This document shows, piece by piece, positions 14,634 to 22,921 of a stretch of 51,483 bases of DNA. Numbering within the stretch: the stretch's first letter is position 1; each line of letters begins with the position of its first letter. Source of the stretch: Nitrososphaerales archaeon (lineage in GTDB: Archaea; Thermoproteota; Nitrososphaeria; Nitrososphaerales; Gagatemarchaeaceae); NCBI GenBank assembly GCA_035300255.1, contig DATGVR010000042.1:1-51483 (forward strand). Reading direction: 5' to 3'. The notes under the pieces were generated by a model. It was not told the DNA's origin. It was given only the letters and a program-made list of their open reading frames with translations, and searched no databases. Position numbers and translations under genes: made by a program.

Positions 14634-15872
14634 TTGCTGAAGACTGAACCTCTGGACGTGGAAAGAGTTCGAGCGGACTTCCCGATCCTCAAGAGGGAGG
14701 TCCACGGCAAGAAGCTGGTATACCTTGACAACGCGGCAACTACCCAGAAGCCTCAGTCAGTCATCGATGCCCTGGTCGACTACTACTCCAGGTACAACTC
14801 CAACGTCCATCGCTCGGTCCACACCCTTGGAGAGGAGGCCACTGCCGCCTACGAAGCCTCCAGGGAAAAGACTGCGAAATTCGTAGGCGCACCTGCAAAG
14901 GGACTCGTCTTCCTTAGAGGGACCACCGAAGCTACGAACCTTGTCAGGTTCGCCTGGGGGGAGGGGAACGTGAAGAAGGGCGACGTCCTGGTCACGACGC
15001 TGATGGAGCACCACAGCAACATCGTCCCCTGGCAGCTTCTCGCGAAGAAAAAGGAAGCGACATTGAAATTCGTAGGCCTTAACGAGGACGGGACCCTCGA
15101 CATGGGTCAATACGAAAACCTGCTGAAAGAGTCCCCGAAACTTGTTGCAGTCACCCATTCTTCAAACGTCCTTGGAACAATAAACGACGTCGCAGAAATA
15201 TGCTCGAAGGCCAAGCGAGTTGGGGCGACGACCGTGGTCGACGGCGCTCAGTCAGTCCCGCACATGCCTGTAAACGTCGAGTCAATCGGCTGTGATTTCT
15301 ACGCCTTTTCAGGCCATAAGATGCTAGGCCCAACCGGGATCGGCGCGTTAGTCGGGAAAAAGCAACTTCTGGAGAGCATGGAGCCATTCCACGGCGGAGG
15401 CGAGATGATCAAAGAAGTGTTCCCCGATCGCTCGACCTGGAACGATGTCCCCTACAAATTCGAGGCCGGAACTGTGAACATAGCTGACGCCATCGGCCTC
15501 GGGGCGGCGGTGGATTATCTTTCGATGATCGGTATGGACAGGGTCAGGGAACATGAGCTCAGGCTGGTGGAATACGCGCTTGAGACCCTGGCGAAGGTGA
15601 AGGGCTTCCACCAGTACGGGCCAACAGATCCTAACAGGAAAGGCGGGGTGGTCTCCTTCAACCTTGCGGACGTCCATCCACATGACCTTGCGACCATTCT
15701 CGATGACGAAGGAATAGCCATCCGTTCCGGGCACCACTGCGCGCAGCTGCTTATGCGATGGCTCGACGTCGCGGCGACCAGCAGGGCGAGCTTCCACGTT
15801 TACAATTCCTATGACGACGTCGATGCCCTGAAGGCCGGCCTCGAGAAGGCGGGTGTCATTTTCAAGATATGA
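14634..15872 (+). CDS. sufS: cysteine desulfurase SufS (class II aminotransferase fold)
   Basis: YLDNAATTQKP, SGHKMLGPTGIG (PLP lysine), RSGHHCAQ (catalytic Cys loop). Confidence 0.9.
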   Translation: MLKTEPLDVERVRADFPILKREVHGKKLVYLDNAATTQKPQSVIDALVDYYSRYNSNVHRSVHTLGEEATAAYEASREKTAKFVGAPAKGLVFLRGTTEATNLVRFAWGEGNVKKGDVLVTTLMEHHSNIVPWQLLAKKKEATLKFVGLNEDGTLDMGQYENLLKESPKLVAVTHSSNVLGTINDVAEICSKAKRVGATTVVDGAQSVPHMPVNVESIGCDFYAFSGHKMLGPTGIGALVGKKQLLESMEPFHGGGEMIKEVFPDRSTWNDVPYKFEAGTVNIADAIGLGAAVDYLSMIGMDRVREHELRLVEYALETLAKVKGFHQYGPTDPNRKGGVVSFNLADVHPHDLATILDDEGIAIRSGHHCAQLLMRWLDVAATSRASFHVYNSYDDVDALKAGLEKAGVIFKI

Positions 15873-16291
15873 GCAGCGCAGACATCTACCGCGAGCTGAT
15901 CCTAGACTACTACAGGAACCCGAGGAACTTCGGCAAACTCGAAAAGTTCGACATCGATTCCCGTGACACGAATCCGCTCTGCGGGGACGAGATTGAGATG
16001 CAGATCAGAGTCGGAGACGGGCAGAAAATCGAAGAGATCAAATTCACCGGCAAAGGATGCGCGATCAGTCAGGCTTCAGCTTCGCTGCTCACGGAGCTCG
16101 CGAAGGGAAAGAAACTCGAATGGGTAAGGGAGGTCGCCAAGGAGGACGTCTTCAAAATGCTGGGAGACCCCGACCTCGGTCCATCCAGGGTCAAATGCGC
16201 CCTACTGGGCATGAAGGTGCTGAAGACCGGTGTCTACGGCTACTTAGGGGCCCACTATGATGATCCTGAAACGTCCCACCCGATGGCCTGA
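15869..16291 (+). CDS. sufU: SufU/IscU-like Fe-S assembly (sulfur acceptor) protein
   Basis: NPLCGDEI, GKGCAIS and VKCALL cysteine motifs. ATGA overlap with the sufS stop. Confidence 0.85.
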   Translation: MSSADIYRELILDYYRNPRNFGKLEKFDIDSRDTNPLCGDEIEMQIRVGDGQKIEEIKFTGKGCAISQASASLLTELAKGKKLEWVREVAKEDVFKMLGDPDLGPSRVKCALLGMKVLKTGVYGYLGAHYDDPETSHPMA

Positions 16292-16294
16292 GAC

Positions 16295-16402
16295 TTAGCC
16301 ACCGGTCGTTCCCCGCAGGACGGCCAGAAAAAGGTAGATCGCAGGCACAATGATGACGGGGGCCAGAAGGGCGACCCAGAAAGCAAGCTTCAGGATGTTC
16401 AT
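16295..16402 (-). CDS. candidate 35-aa single-TM mini-protein, paralogue of the SdhB C-terminal helix
   Basis: ATG 16402 to TAA 16295 encodes MNILKLAFWVALLAPVIIVPAIYLFLAVLRGTTGG. It shares ~15/23 identities with the SdhB tail VLKVVFWVALLAPVVLVPLYYLL, while synonymous sites differ. It is below the 60-aa ORF-track cutoff and I saw no clear promoter. Confidence 0.4.
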   Translation of the reverse strand: MNILKLAFWVALLAPVIIVPAIYLFLAVLRGTTGG

Positions 16403-16604
16403 GATTTCCAATTCTAGCTGGGACTGGCTCCTTGGGATGTGACTGCCTACCCAGCGAAGAGGGTTGAACATTTTTCCGCCATCGCCTCAGGTTCACCTAT
16501 GCTCTCGACCTCGGATATAATTCTGTGCACCGATCTACTCGACAAACGCGTGGGAAGGACTTTTAGCCCCTAGGCTCCACGGCAGTGCCCAAGGAGAAGC
16601 ACGG

Positions 16605-17309
16605 ATGAAATACGACTGGAAGCTGCTCTTCCCATACGAACTGCTCGAGCCAAACTGGAGGCTCTGGTCCTTCCTCGGAGTGCTGACTCTAGGGTTCTGG
16701 GCCCTGATTGCATTCCCTGTCGCTGAGTTTGCAAGGTACATCGATCCGTTCTACAGCCCGACGATACTGATCGTCCCGCTGCCCGGGGCTTTCAGACTCA
16801 CCTGCTATGCCTACAGGAAGGACTACCACAGGCACATCTTCAGCCATCCCCTGGGTTGCTCCAACACCGACAGGGGAGAGTCGCCTTCGAGGCATTACAC
16901 AGGAGAAAGGAACGCCCTATTCCAGCTCGAGAATTTCCACAGGTATTTTCTCTACGCAGGACTTGCAATTCTGCCTTTCTTTTACTATGACTTCTTGTAT
17001 TCGCTGGCGTTTTCGGGGGGCTTCGCCCTCAGGATCGGAAGCATCATCCTTCTGGTGAACGCGCTCTCTCTTACCGCTTGGACGCTGTCCTGCCACGCCC
17101 TGCGACACATCATCGGAGGTAACATCAATTGCTACAGCTGCGTCGCGGCCGGTGGATTGAGAAAGGAGGTATACGACAAGCAGAGTTGGCTAAACAAGCA
17201 TCATGAGGCGTTAGCCTGGATCAGCCTTCTCACGATCTTCTTCGCCGACCTCTATCTCCGCGGCGTAGCTGCCGGCCTGCCTATTGACGCGACTTTGCTG
17301 AGGTCTTAA
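16605..17309 (+). CDS. polytopic Cys/His-rich membrane protein (about 4 predicted TM segments); possible complex II anchor, unproven
   Basis: 234 aa with hydrophobic segments. Cys/His-rich stretches are LTCYAYRKDYHRHIFSHPLGC, LSCHALRH and NCYSC. It is convergent with sdhB. No family recognised by eye. Confidence 0.6.
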   Translation: MKYDWKLLFPYELLEPNWRLWSFLGVLTLGFWALIAFPVAEFARYIDPFYSPTILIVPLPGAFRLTCYAYRKDYHRHIFSHPLGCSNTDRGESPSRHYTGERNALFQLENFHRYFLYAGLAILPFFYYDFLYSLAFSGGFALRIGSIILLVNALSLTAWTLSCHALRHIIGGNINCYSCVAAGGLRKEVYDKQSWLNKHHEALAWISLLTIFFADLYLRGVAAGLPIDATLLRS

Positions 17310-17311
17310 TC

Positions 17312-17491
17312 ATGATAGGGGGCAAGCTTCGGATGCCAAAACGGGCCAGGTATCCGCTCTTCCTCCTCGGCCTATTGATCATCCTTTTGGGAGGCCTCGC
17401 GGCCAACTCGATTAGGGCCCCACAGGCTGAAATCACGGCCATCGTCTTCATCGGCTTCCTCTTCCTGATTGTTTCGGTCTTGCCGAAATAG
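17312..17491 (+). CDS. candidate 59-aa membrane protein with two predicted TM helices
   Basis: ATG 17312 lies 2 nt after the upstream TAA and 7 nt after GAGGT (17300-17304). It has two hydrophobic helices (LFLLGLLIILLGGLAA and AIVFIGFLFLIVSVL). It is just below the ORF-track cutoff. Confidence 0.45.
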   Translation: MIGGKLRMPKRARYPLFLLGLLIILLGGLAANSIRAPQAEITAIVFIGFLFLIVSVLPK

Positions 17492-17501
17492 GGACGAGCT
17501 T

Positions 17502-18386
17502 CTAGGGCGCCAGCCCCAAGGACTTCAGCAGGTAGTAAAGTGGAACTAAGACGACCGGCGCCAACAGTGCCACCCAGAACACAACCTTCAGCACCCTCTT
17601 TGTCTGCGACTCGAATTGGGCCTCATTCCTGGGAAGTTGCCTGTATACCCACAGCAGTGGGTCGTAGTGCCTGTCGACGACACGTTCCTTCTCCGGGATT
17701 ATCGCGTCATCGGTTATGACTATATGTTCTGGACAGATCTCCTGGCAACATTTAGTGATGTTGCAATAACCCAGGCCCCCGGCATCTTTCAGGAACTTCG
17801 ACCTGTTGAGCCCATCCATCGGATGCATGTCCAATGATGCAGCCTTCACCACCCACCTGGGACCGATGTAGTCTGATTCGTGTTCCCGGATGACATGGCA
17901 TACGTCCTGACAGAGGAAACATTCGATACATTTTCTAAACTCCCTCGACCTGTCCACATCTTTCTGGTAAAACCTCCACTCTTTCCCCGCAGTCAGCCTC
18001 GGGCTAAAGGCAGGAATCATGGCGGCGACCCTCCAGTTCTCTGTCACATCAGTCACCAGGTCCCTCAGCCTTGGGAACGCTTTCATGGGTTCCACCGTAA
18101 TTTCACCCTCGATAGTGTCGACGCGGGTCTTGCACATCAACCGTGGCTTTCCGTTTATCTCGGCGGAGCAGGAGCCGCACCTAGCCGCTTTGCAATTCCA
18201 CCTTGCTGACAAGGACGGGTCGATGTTCGCCTGTATGTAGTGGATAGCGTTGAGAACTACCATCCCGTCCTCGCGAGGGACCTCGAAGGTATCATATCTC
18301 GTGGTCGATGGGTCTGCCCCAACGCCTCTCTGTATCCTCAGTCTTACCGTGCCCGTATTCATCTGGACCGATGTCTTCTGGCTCAA
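17502..18386 (-). CDS. sdhB: succinate dehydrogenase/fumarate reductase iron-sulfur subunit with C-terminal transmembrane helix
   Basis: 2Fe-2S motif CKAARCGSCSAEINGKPRLMC. Also CIECFLCQDVC and CNITKCCQEICP cluster motifs. The final ~30 aa (VFWVALLAPVVLVPLYYLL) are hydrophobic. Confidence 0.85.
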   Translation of the reverse strand: MSQKTSVQMNTGTVRLRIQRGVGADPSTTRYDTFEVPREDGMVVLNAIHYIQANIDPSLSARWNCKAARCGSCSAEINGKPRLMCKTRVDTIEGEITVEPMKAFPRLRDLVTDVTENWRVAAMIPAFSPRLTAGKEWRFYQKDVDRSREFRKCIECFLCQDVCHVIREHESDYIGPRWVVKAASLDMHPMDGLNRSKFLKDAGGLGYCNITKCCQEICPEHIVITDDAIIPEKERVVDRHYDPLLWVYRQLPRNEAQFESQTKRVLKVVFWVALLAPVVLVPLYYLLKSLGLAP

Positions 18387-18391
18387 CGCTT

Positions 18392-20146
18392 CTACTCCTT
18401 TATCAGGGCCTCGAGCTCTGGCGGCGGATTCTCCACTGGCACGAACTCATGGACCATTTCACCGGCCTTATCAACAGTAATGATGTTCACCAGCCACTTC
18501 GGGTCCTTGTCTGGGAAATCTGACCTGCTATGAGCTCCTCTGCTCTCCTCGCGCTGCAGGGCAGACCTGATTATCGCCTCGCACCCTAGAAGCATGTCCC
18601 AAACTTGAAGGGAATCGAGCCACGATTGGTTGTAGGCCCGTACCCCCACCGCGCAGACGTTCGCCGCTTCTTTTTTGATTCTTTCGACTTCGCCTAGCCC
18701 AGCCCTCAGGTCCTTACCGTTCCTTACAATTCCAACGTGCTCCCACATGTTTTTGGCAATCTCCTCTTTCAGATGAAAAGGGTTTGCGCCCGATGTCCTC
18801 GAGAACGGAGACAGGACTCTGTCAATCTCCACCTGGACTTCAGAGTCGGCGACGTCTGGCATCTCGACGTTCTGGGCCGATTCCGCAGCCGCAATTCCAG
18901 CTCGTCTCCCAAAAACGAGAATGTCAGAAAGCGAGTTCCCGCCTAGCCTGTTCCCCCCATGAAGTCCGCATGCCACTTCTCCCGCTGCGTACAACCCCAT
19001 TACCGTGCTTTCGGCAGTCTCCGGTTTGACTCGAATCCCGCCCATTTGGTAATGGACCGTGGGAGCGACTTCCATCTTTTGCTTCGTGATATCCACCCCC
19101 GCGAACTCCATGAATTGGTCGTACATGCTTGGCAGCTTCTTCTTGATGAATTCCGCCCCCTTGTGAGAGACATCGAGATAGACAGCACCGTTACTTGTGC
19201 CCCGCCCGGCGAGTATCTCAGAGTAGATCGCCCTAGCGACGACATCTCTGGCCGAAAGTTCCATCCTTTTTGGGTCGTACTTGGACATAAAGCGCTCTCC
19301 CTGTGCGTTTGTCAATATCCCCCCTTCTCCCCTCACAGCTTCGGTCACAAGTAGGCCCCTGACTCCAGCGGGGTAGATCATTCCTGTGGGGTGGAACTGG
19401 ATCATTTCCATGTCCATCAATTCAGCCCCTGCCCTGTAGGCCATTGCTATGCCGTCTCCCGTACTCTCATAGGAATTCGAAGTCACCTGGTACACCTTTC
19501 CGCAGCCACCCGTAGCCAAGATCACAGTCTTGCATCTGAACAGAACTAGCCCTCCTCCTTTGATCTCTATTCCAAGGGCGCCCGCCGCACGGCCATTCTT
19601 ATGGTCCCTGAACAAGCCCGTGACCGCCACTTCATCCATGAACGGTACCCCCCTCTCGATCACCTGGTCTTGCAAAGTCCTGATAAGTTCGAGGCCGGTC
19701 CTGTCCCCGATATGGCAAAGTCGTCTGTAGGTGTGGGCACCGAAGGCCCTCTGGCTTATCTTCCCCTCCGCGGTCCTGTCGAAGAGAGCCCCGTATCGTT
19801 CTAGCTCGTACACTCGGTCGATTGCCTCCTTCGCGAATATCTCAGCCATTCTCCAGTTGCTGAGGCGCTGGCCTTCAACTACGGTATCCGAGAAGTGGAC
19901 CTGCCATCCGTCCTTCGGGTCCACGTCGCCAAGCGCCGCCGCGATCCCCCCTTCAGCCATCACAGTATGTGCCTTCCCCAACAGGGATTTGCAAACTATG
20001 AGCGTCTTAGCTCCTTTGTCGTGAGACTCGATTGCGGCCCGGAGACCGGCTCCTCCGGCTCCAATTATCAGGACGTCACAGGATTTCTCAGCGTACGTCC
20101 TGTCATTCGTCTCGACCCGACTCGATTGGGGTTTGGAAGTCCACAA
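18392..20146 (-). CDS. sdhA: succinate dehydrogenase/fumarate reductase flavoprotein subunit
   Basis: DVLIIGAGGAGLRAA FAD fold, SKSLLGKAHTVMAEGG (covalent-FAD His region), HYQMGG, ESRGAHSR. Confidence 0.95.
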   Translation of the reverse strand: MWTSKPQSSRVETNDRTYAEKSCDVLIIGAGGAGLRAAIESHDKGAKTLIVCKSLLGKAHTVMAEGGIAAALGDVDPKDGWQVHFSDTVVEGQRLSNWRMAEIFAKEAIDRVYELERYGALFDRTAEGKISQRAFGAHTYRRLCHIGDRTGLELIRTLQDQVIERGVPFMDEVAVTGLFRDHKNGRAAGALGIEIKGGGLVLFRCKTVILATGGCGKVYQVTSNSYESTGDGIAMAYRAGAELMDMEMIQFHPTGMIYPAGVRGLLVTEAVRGEGGILTNAQGERFMSKYDPKRMELSARDVVARAIYSEILAGRGTSNGAVYLDVSHKGAEFIKKKLPSMYDQFMEFAGVDITKQKMEVAPTVHYQMGGIRVKPETAESTVMGLYAAGEVACGLHGGNRLGGNSLSDILVFGRRAGIAAAESAQNVEMPDVADSEVQVEIDRVLSPFSRTSGANPFHLKEEIAKNMWEHVGIVRNGKDLRAGLGEVERIKKEAANVCAVGVRAYNQSWLDSLQVWDMLLGCEAIIRSALQREESRGAHSRSDFPDKDPKWLVNIITVDKAGEMVHEFVPVENPPPELEALIKE

Positions 20147-20330
20147 TATTTGCGCCCGGCCGTGAGAACCCCCTGTCCCGCGATTATAAGCCTGACGAGG
20201 CCTGACCGATTCCGCTCGGTCGGGTTGGCAAACCTTTCCGAAATGTTATCGGCCACTAACTTTTGCGGAAACCGTTTCACAAAGCTTTTAACGCCACCAT
20301 GAAAGCGGCGAAGTCCACGAGAGGGGTAAA

Positions 20331-20792
20331 GTGCCTCATTACGGCTACAGTTTCGAGGGTTTCGACCCTACGGTACACGTCAGGGCTAGTGGTAGAGAGG
20401 TCAACATTTCACCCAAGGCTGCCCGAGAGGTAGCAGTGACCATCAAAGGGATGTCTGTGCCGAAGGCAATCGACCTGCTCGAACTAGTCGAAAGCAAGAA
20501 GATGCCCATCGCATTCCGGCGTCACAAGTTGAAGGTCGGCCATAGGAGCGAGCTCCAAGGGTTCCCGACTGGCTCCTATCCAGTCAAAGTCGCACGCGCT
20601 TTTCTCGAAGTCCTCCATAACCTTCAGGGCAACTCAGAATTCAAAGGGCTCGACCCAGAAAGGATTCGCATCATACACGCGGCAGGGTACGCAGGGAGGA
20701 CCGTGAAGGACTATACGCCCAGGGCCTTCGGCCGAAGCTCCCCTAATTTCCACCAGCTTGTCCACATAGAAGTCGTGGGCAAGGAAGTCTGA
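20331..20792 (+). CDS. rpl22: 50S ribosomal protein uL22
   Basis: YGYSFEG.DPTVHVRASGREVNISPKAAREVAVTIKG matches the archaeal L22 N-terminus. First gene of the cluster. GTG start. Confidence 0.9.
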   Translation: MPHYGYSFEGFDPTVHVRASGREVNISPKAAREVAVTIKGMSVPKAIDLLELVESKKMPIAFRRHKLKVGHRSELQGFPTGSYPVKVARAFLEVLHNLQGNSEFKGLDPERIRIIHAAGYAGRTVKDYTPRAFGRSSPNFHQLVHIEVVGKEV

Positions 20793-20794
20793 GC

Positions 20795-21469
20795 ATGTCC
20801 GTCCACCAACGAACCACGGTGAAGTCAATTCTTAACACGAGTCAGATCTACTCTGACCTGGACGAGTTCTTCGAGAAGGAGCTGAGGGACGCGGGCTACG
20901 GGGGCCTCGAAGTCCAGAAATCACCAGTGGGGACGACCCTGAAGGTCTACGTTGCGAGGCCTGGACTGGCAATCGGCAGGCGCGGGACCGGGATCAAGGA
21001 CCTCACCGACAAGGTCGCGGCGAAATTCAATTTTCCCAACCCTCAGATTGCGGTCACGGAGGTCGAGAACCCTGAGCTCAACTCAAGGATAATGGCCGCC
21101 AGAATAGCACAGATAGTCTCCAGAGGTACCGCCTTCAGACGCGCGGCCCAGTGGTCAGTCAACAACGTGATGAACGCCGGTGCGGCGGGCGTAGAGATAT
21201 CGGTCGCAGGGAAACTCAGAAGCGATAGGTCTCATGGAGAAAAGTACAGAGCGGGGATAGTACCGAAGAGCGGTGACACCGCAGAGAGGTCGGTCACGCA
21301 AGCGACCACCGATGTCCTGCTCAAGCTGGGACTCTACGGGATCAAGGTCAAGATAGCACTCAAGGACGCCCTTCCGCCGGACTTCCGGCTGAAGGAGGAC
21401 GCAATCGAAGAGGAGAAAAAAGGGGATGCCACAGCTCAAACCGAAGGAACTGAGGAAGCAGGACGCTGA
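20795..21469 (+). CDS. rps3: 30S ribosomal protein uS3
   Basis: KH-domain region ELRDAGYGGLEVQKSPVGT and GRRGTGIKDL. Position is after rpl22. Confidence 0.95.
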   Translation: MSVHQRTTVKSILNTSQIYSDLDEFFEKELRDAGYGGLEVQKSPVGTTLKVYVARPGLAIGRRGTGIKDLTDKVAAKFNFPNPQIAVTEVENPELNSRIMAARIAQIVSRGTAFRRAAQWSVNNVMNAGAAGVEISVAGKLRSDRSHGEKYRAGIVPKSGDTAERSVTQATTDVLLKLGLYGIKVKIALKDALPPDFRLKEDAIEEEKKGDATAQTEGTEEAGR

Positions 21470-21632
21470 AAAGCTTAGGCAGACGCTCTTCGACCTCCGG
21501 TCGGAGCTCTCCAAGCTCAAAGGCGGCGCCCAGCGCGGCATAGTCAAGAAAGACGTCGGCAACATCGGGAGAATTCGTAAGGACATTGCTGCCGTAATCA
21601 CAATCATGCATGAGAAGGGGGTTGCCGAGTGA
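21426..21632 (+). CDS. rpl29: 50S ribosomal protein uL29
   Basis: MPQLKPKELRKQDAEKLRQTLFDLRSEL. Overlaps the rps3 tail by 44 nt. Confidence 0.9.
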   Translation: MPQLKPKELRKQDAEKLRQTLFDLRSELSKLKGGAQRGIVKKDVGNIGRIRKDIAAVITIMHEKGVAE

Positions 21633-21862
21633 ACGTCATCGGTGAGAGGTTGACCGTGCTAACTTCCAGCGACCCTACGAAGGCTGGGATGAATGGACGA
21701 GTGGTCCTTGAGACTGCCCAGACCCTCATCCTTGACACTGGCACGAAGGAAGTCCGGGTGGAAAAATCCGGGTCGGCTTTCCTCCTGAACCGCTCGAAGA
21801 AGGTCCTCACAGGGTCCGACATCGAGGGAAGGCTGCAAGACAGGTGGGGGCGCAGGCAATGA
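21629..21862 (+). CDS. rnp1: RNase P protein component 1 (Rpp29/Pop4 homologue)
   Basis: GMNGRVVLETAQTLILDT pattern and the conserved position between rpl29 and rps17. GTGA overlap with the rpl29 stop. Confidence 0.75.
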   Translation: MNVIGERLTVLTSSDPTKAGMNGRVVLETAQTLILDTGTKEVRVEKSGSAFLLNRSKKVLTGSDIEGRLQDRWGRRQ

Positions 21863-22185
21863 GCGCCGCAGGGCTAGAGGTTCCAATGCCTCAAAAGAAG
21901 TGTCAGGACGGACGGTGCCCCTTCCACGGGAGTCTGAAAGTAAGAGGAAGACTACTTTCCGGGAAGGCGGTTTCGACCGCGGGCAAGACATTCGTAGTCG
22001 TCGAAATGGAATACCTTCACATGGTGCCGAAGTTCATCAGGGGGGAAAGGCGGAGAAGCAGGGTCAGCGCCCACGTCCCTCCTTGCATCGAGGTCCATGA
22101 CGGAGACACAGTGACGCTCGGGGAGTGTAGGCCGCTGTCCAAAACGATATCCTTTGTGGTCGTCGCTTCTAGGAAGGGGACATAA
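21859..22185 (+). CDS. rps17: 30S ribosomal protein uS17
   Basis: CPFHGSLKVRGRLLSGKAVS...GDTVTLGECRPLSKT. ATG 21859 overlaps the rnp1 stop (ATGA). GTG 21844 is an in-frame alternative. Confidence 0.9.
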   Translation: MSAAGLEVPMPQKKCQDGRCPFHGSLKVRGRLLSGKAVSTAGKTFVVVEMEYLHMVPKFIRGERRRSRVSAHVPPCIEVHDGDTVTLGECRPLSKTISFVVVASRKGT

Positions 22186-22619
22186 TGTCGACCAAGTCAC
22201 GCGCAGTCTCGGCCAAGGGGGTCGAGGAATTCAAGAACTACATCACAAGGGCCATACCAATCTATGCCGTCATCACGTGCGCCGACAACACGGGAGCGAA
22301 GACCCTGAGGGTGGTGCAGGTCACAAAGTGGAAGGGGAGGCATAGCCGGATGCCTGCAGCCTCGGTGGGGGACTCGATCGTCTGTGTCGTGAAGAAGGGA
22401 CCACCGGAAATGAAGAAGGCTGTCTTCGGCGCGGTCATAGTGAGGCAGAAGTATCCGGTCCGAAGGGTGAGCGGACAGAGGGTCGTCTTCGAAGATAACG
22501 CGGCAGTGATAATCACTCCGGAGGGGGACCTGAAGGGCACGGACATCAAGGGGCCGGTCGCCAGCGAGGCAGCAGAGAAGTGGCCGCGGATCGCCAACCT
22601 GGCCTCAATCATAGTCTAG
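22185..22619 (+). CDS. rpl14: 50S ribosomal protein uL14
   Basis: ADNTGAKTLRVVQV...GDSIVCVVKKG...FEDNAAVI. Confidence 0.95.
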   Translation: MSTKSRAVSAKGVEEFKNYITRAIPIYAVITCADNTGAKTLRVVQVTKWKGRHSRMPAASVGDSIVCVVKKGPPEMKKAVFGAVIVRQKYPVRRVSGQRVVFEDNAAVIITPEGDLKGTDIKGPVASEAAEKWPRIANLASIIV

Positions 22620-22630
22620 GAGAAATTGAC

Positions 22631-22921
22631 ATGAAATTCGGTTCGTCGTTGTCTTCGGAATTAAGGGAGAAGCATGGAAGGAGGAGCGTAAGGCCACGGG
22701 TAGGTGACACTGTGAGAATAGTTCGAGGGGAGTACAAGGACATAGAAGGCAAGGTCACCCACGTCGACACGAAACTCGGGGTCATCAACGTCGAGGGAGT
22801 CACCCACGAGAAGTTGAAGGGAGGAACAGCCCCTGTTCCGATTCACTCCTCAAACATAGTGGTCACCGCCCTCAATCTGGAGGACAAGGCGCGGAAGAGC
22901 AAGCTGGAGGTGGCAGGCTAG
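22631..22921 (+). CDS. rpl24: 50S ribosomal protein uL24
   Basis: KOW motif GDTVRIVRGEYKDIEGKV. ATG 22631 is preceded by AGGAG. The upstream part of the listed ORF overlaps rpl14. Confidence 0.9.
   Translation: MKFGSSLSSELREKHGRRSVRPRVGDTVRIVRGEYKDIEGKVTHVDTKLGVINVEGVTHEKLKGGTAPVPIHSSNIVVTALNLEDKARKSKLEVAG

Noticed and set aside
16257-16291. C/D-box-like pattern (ATGATGA ... CTGA ... CTGA) at the end of sufU
   Set aside because: It spans only ~35 nt, lies inside coding sequence, and has no terminal stem or C'/D' arrangement. It is most likely chance.
16191-16496. 101-aa minus-strand ORF overlapping the sufU 3' end
   Set aside because: It is Arg/Pro/Ser-rich and overlaps sufU. The short hydrophobic ORF in another frame (16295-16402) is the more plausible product of this region.
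20298-20435. Small ATG-initiated ORF (~45 aa) overlapping the rpl22 start in another frame
   Set aside because: It has no recognisable features and overlaps the conserved rpl22 N-terminus. GTG 20331 gives the expected uL22 sequence.
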